The notes below the pieces were generated by a model. It had not been told where the DNA came from. It ran no database searches and worked only from the letters and a program-made list of their open reading frames with translations. From Myxococcales bacterium (GTDB lineage: Bacteria > Myxococcota_A > UBA9042), in NCBI GenBank assembly GCA_037441385.1, contig JBBISH010000003.1:1-64000 (forward strand): a stretch of DNA of 64,000 nt, read 5' to 3'. Shown piece by piece: positions 8,286 to 16,841 of this stretch; the stretch's first letter is position 1; the number at the start of each line of letters is the position of its first letter. A program made the position numbers and the translations under genes.

Positions 8286-9617
8286 ATGGCGACCCCGAAC
8301 TGGGCCTGTGTGCGGGTCTTTTGCCTTGCGCTGTGGCTGGCCACCGGACTGCCTTTGTCTGCGGTAGCTGCCGAGTCGGCCCCCGATTCGGCCCCCGATT
8401 CGGCCCCCGATTCGGCCCCAGTCACCGGCGCAGCCGACGCCACCCCCGCCGCCAGCTCGGAGGGCGCAGCGGCCCCGGCGGCTGAACTGCCGTCCGTGCG
8501 CAAACTCATCGAAGCCGAGAAGTTCGACGAGGCCCTGGCGCAGCTCGAAGCCCGTCTGCAAGCCAACCCGCTCGACGACGAAGCGCTTTTGATGCACGCC
8601 CGCATCCTGTACTGGAAGGGGCTGTGGCCGCGGGCCGAGCGCGAGGTACAAGACGTGCTTGGGCGGCACCCGACCGACCGCGACGCGCTGGAGCTGCAAG
8701 CGCAATTGCGAATGGTGCGCGGGGATCTGCGTGGTTCGGTGGAGTTGCTGCAAAAGATGCAGGCGCTGGGCGACGACCGTCCAGAAATCCAGCAAAAAAT
8801 CATCGATCTACTGGTCGAGACCGAGGACACCCAGGCCGTGCGCACCGCCCTGGCCCGCGGCGGTGCCCTGACCCAAGAGCAGGAACTGCGCCTGGCCCGC
8901 ATCGACCACCCGATCTTGACCGACGCGGGCGTGAGCTCGACGTGGCATGGGGCCCAGTGGTGGCCGCGCGTGGAAGGCGGCCTGGGCTACCGGCTGGGCG
9001 CCCCGCTGACGGTGGTGGCGGGCGTTGCCGCGGAACAGCGCAATTTTCACCATGTTTCAACCGACGCATGGACCGGCAAGCTGGAGGCCTATCTGAACGC
9101 GGGTCGCTTCTCGGCCTTGCTGCACGCGTCTGGCTCGCCCAGCAAGGCGTTCTTGCCGATGGCCGACCTGCGCGCCGACGCGACGTGGGCGCTCACGCAG
9201 AACGTGGGCCTGGGCCTGTGGTTGCGGCTGGCGCACTACGCCCCCGCCGGCGAGGCGACGGCAACGCCGATCACCATCGGCCCCTATCTGCCCCTGAGCT
9301 TTGGCCCGTGGCAGATCTCGCCGGGCTGGCTATTCCTGGCGCGCAACCCGGGCGGCTGGAACCATACCGCTTTCTTGAAGTTCCGCTATCAACCTACCGC
9401 GCGCACCGGCTGGTTCGTCTGGATGTACGGTGGCCAGGACCCCAGCTACATCGACCGCCTCAACGCGTTGCCGAGCGCCGGCCTCACCGGCGTAGTGGGC
9501 ATCGATCATTGGTTCAACGGCCAGTTTGGCGTGCGCGCGTCGGTGTCGCGCAACCAGCCGTTTGGCAATTTTGAAGGATTTACCGAGTGCTCCCTTAGCG
9601 TGCGAGGTCGACTGTGA
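8286..9617 (+). CDS. TPR plus YaiO-like outer-membrane beta-barrel protein
   Basis: Signal peptide, SAPD repeats, TPR-like helices (A...L...P.D.EA...ARILYW.G), C-terminal amphipathic aromatic beta-strands; adjacent to HEAT and GT2 genes. Confidence 0.7.
   Translation: MATPNWACVRVFCLALWLATGLPLSAVAAESAPDSAPDSAPDSAPVTGAADATPAASSEGAAAPAAELPSVRKLIEAEKFDEALAQLEARLQANPLDDEALLMHARILYWKGLWPRAEREVQDVLGRHPTDRDALELQAQLRMVRGDLRGSVELLQKMQALGDDRPEIQQKIIDLLVETEDTQAVRTALARGGALTQEQELRLARIDHPILTDAGVSSTWHGAQWWPRVEGGLGYRLGAPLTVVAGVAAEQRNFHHVSTDAWTGKLEAYLNAGRFSALLHASGSPSKAFLPMADLRADATWALTQNVGLGLWLRLAHYAPAGEATATPITIGPYLPLSFGPWQISPGWLFLARNPGGWNHTAFLKFRYQPTARTGWFVWMYGGQDPSYIDRLNALPSAGLTGVVGIDHWFNGQFGVRASVSRNQPFGNFEGFTECSLSVRGRL
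8375..8420 (+). repeat. In-frame 12-bp tandem repeat (SAPD)n
   Basis: TCGGCCCCCGAT x3 plus a partial copy. Confidence 0.85.
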
Positions 9618-9645
9618 GCTGCGTTCGGCGCTCAGAGGGGGCGCA

Positions 9646-10752
9646 ATGAGCAACATCGACTGGCATCAGCTCACGCTGACCGAGCTGGTGATCTTTGTGT
9701 TCGTGATCCTGGAGCTGGTGGCCGTGTTGGTGGCGCTGGTCGCGATGGTGTGGGTGCGGTCGTCGACGATGCGGCGTCAATCGCTGTATGCCGCAGTCAA
9801 GAACCGTTTGATCGACGTGATCAGTCGGATGCAGCCCGAAAATGAGCGCGAGTCCCTGCAAAACTGTCTGGCGGCCTTGACCACCCTGGCCCGCGATCAG
9901 CAGCGGCGGCTCTTGACCGAGTTGGCCGAGTACGCAGGCGGCGGCGGCGACCAGAGCGACCCCGTGTTTGCGCAGCTGTTCGTGGCGGCGGGGCTGGTGC
10001 CCGAAGCCCGCGCCAATGCGGCGTCGCGGCCCTGGGAGCGCCTGCGCGTCATCCGCGAGGCGCGCGCACTGGGCGATCCGGCGGGGCTTTTGGACAAGAT
10101 GGTCCGCGACTCGGTGCCCGACGTGCGGCTCGGCGCCTTTGAGGCGCTGTGCAACCTGGGCCGCGCCGACGAAGCGCTGGTGGCCATTCAAGTGGTCGCG
10201 ACCGAGGGCCGTTTGAACCGCATGCGCGCCATCGACGCGCTGGCCAATGCCCGGCCATTCCCCACCGAGCAGGTGATCGGGCTCGCGACCTCGCCGGCGC
10301 CCGAAGTTCGCCAGGTTTGTGTGGCGACCCTGGGCCAGGCCCGCCAGCGCAGCGGGCTGGACACCATCATCACCGCGGTGACCGACGCCGAAACCGAGGT
10401 GCGCATCGACGCACTGCGCGCCTTGGCCGAAATGAAAGACCCCTCGACGGCGCAGGTTTTGATCAACGCGCTGGACGACGAGCGCTGGCAAGTGCGGTCC
10501 GAGGCCGCCAAGGCAGCGGGCGTCCTGGCAAGCCCTGCGGCGGTGCAGGCGCTGGCGCGCGTTCTGGACGACGAGGCCGAGTGGGTGCGGCACAACGCCG
10601 CACTGGCGCTGATGAAGTGCGGCCATCCAGGCATGGCGGCGCTGCGGGCGGCGGCGGCCAATGGCAATACGTGGGCGCAAAGCTCGCTGGCCGAGGCTCG
10701 GCTGATGCCCTCGGACCAGGGGCCTCTGGGCGGCGCGACCGCCAGCACGTAG
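9646..10752 (+). CDS. Membrane-anchored HEAT-repeat protein
   Basis: N-terminal TM helix; repeated D....VR..A..AL units. Confidence 0.88.
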   Translation: MSNIDWHQLTLTELVIFVFVILELVAVLVALVAMVWVRSSTMRRQSLYAAVKNRLIDVISRMQPENERESLQNCLAALTTLARDQQRRLLTELAEYAGGGGDQSDPVFAQLFVAAGLVPEARANAASRPWERLRVIREARALGDPAGLLDKMVRDSVPDVRLGAFEALCNLGRADEALVAIQVVATEGRLNRMRAIDALANARPFPTEQVIGLATSPAPEVRQVCVATLGQARQRSGLDTIITAVTDAETEVRIDALRALAEMKDPSTAQVLINALDDERWQVRSEAAKAAGVLASPAAVQALARVLDDEAEWVRHNAALALMKCGHPGMAALRAAAANGNTWAQSSLAEARLMPSDQGPLGGATAST

Positions 10753-10773
10753 TCGCAACGACGGGAGAAGCGT

Positions 10774-13260
10774 TTGGTCGATCTGCTCAACATCCTGGTG
10801 CTGCTGTACTTCGTCATGTTGACGGCGGGCTATATCGCCTTGTTCGTCTCGGCGATCGTCGGCGTCATCCAGGTGCGCCGCGATCTAGAGGGGTCGGCGC
10901 CAGAGTCGGTCGCCAGCCGCGGCCGCGCCACCCTGCCCATCTCGATCTTGTGCCCGGCCCACAACGAAGAGCGCACGGTGGTCGAGTCGGTGCGCGCCCT
11001 GCTGCAGCTGCGCTACCCGCAACACGAAGTGTTGGTCGTCAACGACGGCAGCAAAGACAAGACCATGCAGGTGCTGCGCCAGGCCTTTGCGCTGGAGGCG
11101 GTGCCGTTTGACTTGCGCCTGGACCTGCCGTGCAAGCCGATCCGCGCCGTCTACCGCTCGGGCTTGTACAAGAAGCTGATCGTCATCGACAAAGAGAACG
11201 GCGGCAAAGCCGACGCGCTGAATTGCGGAGTCAACGCCGCCCGTTACCCGCTGGTCTGCGCCATCGACGCCGACACCTTGATCCTGCCCGACGCGCTGCT
11301 GCGCCTGGTGCGGCCGTTCCTGTCCGACGTCGACGTGGTCGGCGTGGGCGGCACCATCTGCCTGGCCAACGGCTGCAAGGTCGAGCGCGGCGAAGTCGTG
11401 GAGATGGGCCTACCGTCGTCGTGGCTGGCCCGCTTCCAAGTGGTGGAATACCTGCGCGCTTTCTTGGTCGGCCGCTTGGGCTGGGACCGCATGGGCGGCA
11501 ACCTGATCATTTCGGGCGCGTTCGGCTTGTTCCGGCGCTCGGCGGTGGTGGTGGCCGGCGGCTATGCCCATGATTCGATTGGCGAAGATATGGAGCTGGT
11601 CACGCGCCTGCGCCATCAAGTCCCGTCGTGGATGCAGGGCCGCGCCATCGTGCACCTGCCCGACCCGATCAGCTTTACGGAAGCGCCAGAGACCATCAAA
11701 ATCTTGGGAAATCAGCGCGATCGCTGGCAGCGCGGCTTGGCCGACACGCTGTGGCGCCACCGGCAGATGATCTTCAACCGTCGCTACGGCGCGGTGGGCA
11801 TGGTGGTGGTGCCCTTCTTTGTGGCCTTCGAGCTCATCGGCCCGCTGGTCGAGCTCTTCGGCTATTTCTACTTTGTGGTCACCGCGATCGCCGGCGTGAT
11901 CGATCCGTGGTTCGCCGTGGCGTTCTTGCTGCTGGCGGTCCTCATCGGTTTCTTGCTGTCGCTGGGGTCGATCTTCTTGGAAGAGCTGACCCTGTCGTTC
12001 TACCGCAAGCCCGGCGACCTGTGGAAGCTGGTGATGGTGGCGCTGCTCGAGAACCTGGGCTACCGCCAGCTGATCCTGTGGTACCGCCTGCGCGGCCTGT
12101 GGAAATACGTGCGCGGCGAAAAGACCTGGGGCCGCATGACGCGGCTGGGTTTTGGTGGCGGCGGCGGCCAGGGCCGGCAGTCGCGGCTGCTGCCGATCAT
12201 CACGACCGCGCTCATCGCGGCCGTGGTGGGCATGCCTGTAGGTTGGCTGCTCAAGCCCAAGCCGGCGGCCCGGCCCGCGGTGGTGTCCAAGACCGTGCCG
12301 TTCACCAACAGCCGCGAACACGCGCGCCTGATGTGGTTGTTGTCGCAGGCCAAGGTGCCGCCGACCAAGTCGAGCTTCTTGTGGGACCCCACGGTGGACT
12401 ACATCGGCTGGGATCCGCAGACGCGCAAGGCCCGCAACCTGACCGCCGAAGACCTGCGCGATCGCAATTTGCTCATCTTGGCCGATACTTACGGCGTGTA
12501 CCGCGACGACTACGACGCCTTTCCGCGCCCGGTGGCCCACTTGGAACTGTCGCAAAAGATCTACGGCGGCGTGTCGCCGGACGAAGCGACCGCCATGGAA
12601 GAGTTTGTGCAGCGCGGCGGGCGCATCTTTGGCGAGTTCAACACCTTTGCCACGCCGACCGAGTTTGGGGTGCGCGTGCGGGTCGAGAAGTTGTTCGGCC
12701 TGAAATGGAGCGGCTGGGCCGGTCGCCGGGTCGACGATTTTGCCGACGACCGCGAGATCGCCAAGTGGGTGCAGAACCGCTGGGCGCAAGAGACCGGCGC
12801 GCCGTACAACCTGGTGGGGCCTGGCGTTTTGCTGATCCACGAGGACGGTCGCGTCTTGTGCTTGCAGCAAGATTTGGACATCGAGGCCGACGCCATGACC
12901 CTGGTGGTCGGCGATGTGCGGGTGCCGTTCCGCTATTGGTTCGACATCAATGCGGCGGACAATCCCAAAGAGGTGCGTGCCGACTTTACCCTGAATGTGC
13001 TGCCTGCGGGCGACAAGCTGATGACCAAGTTTGGAATTCCCAAGCGGTTCCCGGCGATCGTCCACGACGACGACTACAAGCACACCTACATCTGCGGCGA
13101 CATGGCCGATGGCCAGGAAACGCTGGGGCCGCCTTGGCTTTCGGGCGTGCCGGCGGTTCGCTCGGCGCTGGCGGCGGTGCGTTTCATGCCCGAAGAGGCG
13201 CGCCTGCTTTGGCACATCTATGCGCCGCTGGTCGGACGGGTGATCGACGCTGCCAAATAG
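10774..13260 (+). CDS. Processive GT2 polysaccharide synthase fused to a C-terminal extracytoplasmic domain of unknown function
   Basis: PAHNEE, VNDGSKD, ENGGKADALN, IDAD, GED and QRDRW motifs with TM helices, then a Gly5 linker, a TM helix and a ~330-aa soluble domain. Confidence 0.9.
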   Translation: MVDLLNILVLLYFVMLTAGYIALFVSAIVGVIQVRRDLEGSAPESVASRGRATLPISILCPAHNEERTVVESVRALLQLRYPQHEVLVVNDGSKDKTMQVLRQAFALEAVPFDLRLDLPCKPIRAVYRSGLYKKLIVIDKENGGKADALNCGVNAARYPLVCAIDADTLILPDALLRLVRPFLSDVDVVGVGGTICLANGCKVERGEVVEMGLPSSWLARFQVVEYLRAFLVGRLGWDRMGGNLIISGAFGLFRRSAVVVAGGYAHDSIGEDMELVTRLRHQVPSWMQGRAIVHLPDPISFTEAPETIKILGNQRDRWQRGLADTLWRHRQMIFNRRYGAVGMVVVPFFVAFELIGPLVELFGYFYFVVTAIAGVIDPWFAVAFLLLAVLIGFLLSLGSIFLEELTLSFYRKPGDLWKLVMVALLENLGYRQLILWYRLRGLWKYVRGEKTWGRMTRLGFGGGGGQGRQSRLLPIITTALIAAVVGMPVGWLLKPKPAARPAVVSKTVPFTNSREHARLMWLLSQAKVPPTKSSFLWDPTVDYIGWDPQTRKARNLTAEDLRDRNLLILADTYGVYRDDYDAFPRPVAHLELSQKIYGGVSPDEATAMEEFVQRGGRIFGEFNTFATPTEFGVRVRVEKLFGLKWSGWAGRRVDDFADDREIAKWVQNRWAQETGAPYNLVGPGVLLIHEDGRVLCLQQDLDIEADAMTLVVGDVRVPFRYWFDINAADNPKEVRADFTLNVLPAGDKLMTKFGIPKRFPAIVHDDDYKHTYICGDMADGQETLGPPWLSGVPAVRSALAAVRFMPEEARLLWHIYAPLVGRVIDAAK

Positions 13261-14533
13261 TCTGCACATTCAACGCTTTGTCGCGCTTGCGGCCGCTTGC
13301 ACGCTGCTTGCCGGCTGTGCGGCGGAATTGCATCGCCCCACTCAGGGGCCGTGCCGGCAACCGGACGCGAATAGCCTGCTGGGCGAGGCGCAGAACTCGC
13401 TGACCTTCGTAGACTTTGCTCCCGGTCCCGGCTACGACACCGGTGCCAAGGGCCAAGCGCGGCCGCTGCGGCTGGGGCCGATTGCGCCAGGCAGCAGGGC
13501 GGTGTTGTCGTACCCCGATCCAGAGCGATTCGCTGGTGCGGACGCGGGTTTTGCCCTGCTCAGCCGGCGCACGTTTGTCTACGATCAGGCGCTTGCGATG
13601 GTGTGGGCCGTGCAGCGCGGCGACCGGGAGCTGGCGCGCGCGTTGGGCCAGACCCTGGCGGCTCTGCAGAATCAAGATGGCTCTTGGGGATTCTCGTTCG
13701 CCGCGCAGGGCGACGGCTACTACAACGCCAGCTACGTGCGCGCGGGAGCGGTGGCCTGGTGCGTCTACGCGCTGGCGATGTACCTGCAGGGCGGCGCCGA
13801 CCGCAGGCTGCAAGTTGCGCTGGACCGCGGGGCGGATTGGCTGGTGGCGCAGGTGGATCCCGCTACCAATCTGGTGCGGGCCGGCCGCGGGCGCTGGCGC
13901 GACGGCGCCCACTTTGAGCCGGACTGGCCCGCCGATTTCGCCGCCACCGAGCATCAGATCGACGCCTGGTTTGCCTGGATGGCGGCTGCGGCCGTGCCCG
14001 GCACTGCGCGCGCGGCCAGCATGCGCAACTCCGCGAACCAACTGGCGGCTGCCGTGGATGAGCACCTGTGGCGATCGGACGAGGGTCGCTACGCCCAGGG
14101 GTGGGCCAACGGCGCGCAAGACATCGCAAGTGCCCTGGATGCCTCTGGAACGTGGGCAGCGCTTTGGGACATCGCCCGCGGCCGGCCCCAGCGCGCCCGT
14201 CGCGCCTTGGTGTGGGTCGAAGAGCACCACCGGCGCGACGTGCAAGGCTGGCCAGCCTACGTGCCGTATGTGCCCGGCCCCCCTGAAACTTGGTTCGTAG
14301 AGGGCAGCGCCGCGATCGCCTTGGCCTGGCAGCGGCTGGGTGAACCGGAGCGCGCCCGCGCGGCCCTGCAGGCGCACCTGGAACTGGCTTGCGCCGGCGG
14401 CCTGCCTTTGGTGTACTCGCCGCGATGGGAGACCGATTTCCCCTTGGCGCCGGCAGCTGCACCGACCGTCTGGTTTGCGTTGGTGCTGGGCGACGTGCTG
14501 GGTCAGCCCACCCTGCTGTGGCGCGTCCCTTGA
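13250..14533 (+). CDS. Putative lipoprotein with alpha/alpha-toroid (six-hairpin glycosidase-like) fold; probable CTG start
   Basis: In-frame upstream extension LPNSLHIQRFVALAAACTLLAGC (lipobox); YDQALA, LQNQDGSW and WFVEG motifs; helical repeat pattern. Confidence 0.65.
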   Translation: MPNSLHIQRFVALAAACTLLAGCAAELHRPTQGPCRQPDANSLLGEAQNSLTFVDFAPGPGYDTGAKGQARPLRLGPIAPGSRAVLSYPDPERFAGADAGFALLSRRTFVYDQALAMVWAVQRGDRELARALGQTLAALQNQDGSWGFSFAAQGDGYYNASYVRAGAVAWCVYALAMYLQGGADRRLQVALDRGADWLVAQVDPATNLVRAGRGRWRDGAHFEPDWPADFAATEHQIDAWFAWMAAAAVPGTARAASMRNSANQLAAAVDEHLWRSDEGRYAQGWANGAQDIASALDASGTWAALWDIARGRPQRARRALVWVEEHHRRDVQGWPAYVPYVPGPPETWFVEGSAAIALAWQRLGEPERARAALQAHLELACAGGLPLVYSPRWETDFPLAPAAAPTVWFALVLGDVLGQPTLLWRVP

Positions 14534-14665
14534 CGCGAACCCCACTGAATTCACCCCCGTACGGTTTCTCTCTCCCGGGCGACAACGGGCGAGAATCAAG
14601 CGGGGACCCCGGTGTAGGTCCGAAGAATTGGCAAAGTTTTCGGGCCGTTTTGGACGGATTCCGCA
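14534..14665 (-). mobile_element. MITE-like element family B, copy 1 (132 bp)
   Basis: Reverse complement aligns end to end with 25816-25947; begins immediately after the TGA stop at 14531-14533. Confidence 0.8.
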
Positions 14666-16101
14666 CCGCTGGTCGCGTAGCCAGGGCGCTGGCGGTGGGC
14701 GCGGTGCTGATGCCGGCCACCGGATGCGCCTGGCTGCTGCCCAGCGAATCCGTGGAGCGCGTCGCCAACGTGCACACAGAGGCGTTTGCCCGCAGCCTGC
14801 CGATCGCCAGTAGCGTCGAGAGCGTATTCAGCGTAGAGGTCGAGGGCCTTGTGGCGCACGTGCGCGCCTACCGGCAAGAGCGGTGCCTGGTCGAGTCGGG
14901 CCGGCGCATCGAGCGCGTGCGCCTGCGGAGCCAGCGCAGTTCGCCGTGGGCTTGGCTGTGGTCCGCGACCGAGGTCGCCGCGGCGGGTTCTTTGGCGACC
15001 TTGGCGCAAGGGGGCTGGCAGACGGCCGGCTGGGTGCTGGCTGTCCCAGCCGCCGTGGACCTGGCGGTGCTGGCTCACCGCGCCGGGCAACAAGACACAG
15101 AGACGCTGCCCGCAACCGAGCAACTGGACCACAGCGAAGCGGTGCCGTGCCAGCGCGAACCGCAGCGCAACCTGACGATTCACTGGCGCGGCGACCGCGG
15201 CCAGACCGAAACGACCACCGACAGTGCGGGCCGCAGCGATCTGGCCTTGAGCACGTTGCCGCGGCAGACCTTCCCGTATCAGTGGCCACTGGCGACCGCG
15301 ACCTGCAACGGCTGCAACCCGCAACCCGTTGCCCCCACGGCCGACGACGCCGCGACGCTGGTGCTGGCACGCCGCGAGCTCGACGACTTTGACAGCTGGC
15401 TGCTTTTGCACCCCGACACGATGCGCGCAAGCGAGGTGCAGCGCGGTCGCGCCCAGGCGGTGGCCAAGCTGAAGGGCGAGCAAGATGCCCTACTGGCCAC
15501 GGCAAAGTCGGCGCGGGCCAGCGGGGACTGGATACGGGCCGCCGCGGTGGCGCGGCAATGCGAGCAGCTGTGCCGCCTTCCGGCACCAGCCTGCACGGCG
15601 CTGTATGGCGAAATCGTGGACGCCTTTGTGCTGCAACAGCGCACTTTGGCGCTGGCGGCGGCCGCACGGGGCGACCTGCCCGCGGTCGAAGCTGCGCACT
15701 ACCGCTGTCAGTTGATGGACCCTTTGCGACCGGCGTGTCGCCATATCGAAGCCGCGGCCCAAGAGTTGCGCCTCGCGCCCGTGCTGCAGCGGGTAGAGGT
15801 CGCGCTGAAACTCCGCGATTTCGCGGCGGCCAGGACGGCCCTCGCCCAATGCCAGGCGATTGCTCCTGGGGCTGCGCAGTGCGCCGACGGGCGAGCGCGC
15901 GTGGATCTGGTCGAAAGCCAGTGGCGTTGGGACCAAGCAGCCAGCGCAGCCCAGGCGGGCAGCAAGGCGTGGGGCAAGCGGCAGCGGGCTGCGGCCTGTG
16001 CGCGCGCCGAACAGTGCCGGTCGCTGGCCCCCCTTCAGCCCCGCTGTGCAAAGCTGGTGCAACGCTGCCAAGCCGCTGGCCTGCTTGGGCCTTTGCCGTA
16101 G
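14650..16101 (+). CDS. Hypothetical lipoprotein with membrane hairpin and Cys-paired TPR-like helical repeats
   Basis: Signal ending MPATGC; hydrophobic hairpin; repeated C..L.P..P.C motif. Start uncertain (TTG 14650 lies within the MITE end). Confidence 0.7.
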   Translation: MDGFRTAGRVARALAVGAVLMPATGCAWLLPSESVERVANVHTEAFARSLPIASSVESVFSVEVEGLVAHVRAYRQERCLVESGRRIERVRLRSQRSSPWAWLWSATEVAAAGSLATLAQGGWQTAGWVLAVPAAVDLAVLAHRAGQQDTETLPATEQLDHSEAVPCQREPQRNLTIHWRGDRGQTETTTDSAGRSDLALSTLPRQTFPYQWPLATATCNGCNPQPVAPTADDAATLVLARRELDDFDSWLLLHPDTMRASEVQRGRAQAVAKLKGEQDALLATAKSARASGDWIRAAAVARQCEQLCRLPAPACTALYGEIVDAFVLQQRTLALAAAARGDLPAVEAAHYRCQLMDPLRPACRHIEAAAQELRLAPVLQRVEVALKLRDFAAARTALAQCQAIAPGAAQCADGRARVDLVESQWRWDQAASAAQAGSKAWGKRQRAAACARAEQCRSLAPLQPRCAKLVQRCQAAGLLGPLP

Positions 16102-16672
16102 CTGCAGCGGTGCCGCAAGTCGGTGCTGCTGCTGGCCGCGGTTGCCCCGGCGCGGCTGCGAGTCTCCGCAAAGCTGGGAGGCGCCCAAACTCGAGCACCA
16201 AGCGGGACCACCGCCGCGATGACAATTGCGCGACATTTGCCCGACTGCCGCGCGGCGACCGCGCGAACGGTGCCCATCGCGGCCGCAGGTTGAAGTCCGA
16301 CGGGTGACCCGGATTGTGGTCATGTTCCAAGACCTGCGTGGCTCCAGGGCAACCCACTGCGTTGTGTACACGCAGAAGTGCCTTGAAGATCACAACTTTC
16401 TTCCCATGTCCATGGCCGGTTCTATGGTACTCCCGTAGGCCTGGCAGCCCGAGCGTGCGCGGCTGCGGTAGCCAAGGCCGGCGCCCCGCGGCGTGCACTG
16501 GAAGTGGAATCTATATTTCAAATAGACACTTGGCTGCCATCGGCTGTTGTCTTGCTCAGACCCGCGTCGCCCGGAATTGACAAAGACGGCGCGGTCGATC
16601 GCCGACAAGTGGGCAGGTGCGGCTTGCATGGAAACAAGGAACCGCCTCTGTGCCGGCCTCTGTCAGGACCTG

Positions 16673-16702
16673 TTGACACGTGAACTTGCACTCACCTAGC
16701 AT
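16673..16702 (+). promoter_or_regulatory. Sigma70-type promoter
   Basis: TTGACA (16673-16678), 18-bp spacer, TAGCAT (16697-16702), upstream of the 16842 lipoprotein. Confidence 0.55.
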
Positions 16703-16841
16703 TGACTTGAACGCACTGTCCAAGCCGCCGTGGCCGGCAGCACGCCTGAACGCGGGCCCTTGTAGTTGGTCCGACGGCTCGCAGCACAAGCGCTGCGGCC
16801 GAAGTCCAGGCTGTCCCTTCACCGATCAAGGAGCAAAGAGA

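Noticed and set aside
11410..13403. Long alternative-frame and antisense ORFs over the GT2 (similar ones over murC and pheT)
   Set aside because: Arg/Gly/Pro-rich shadow frames overlapping motif-bearing genes
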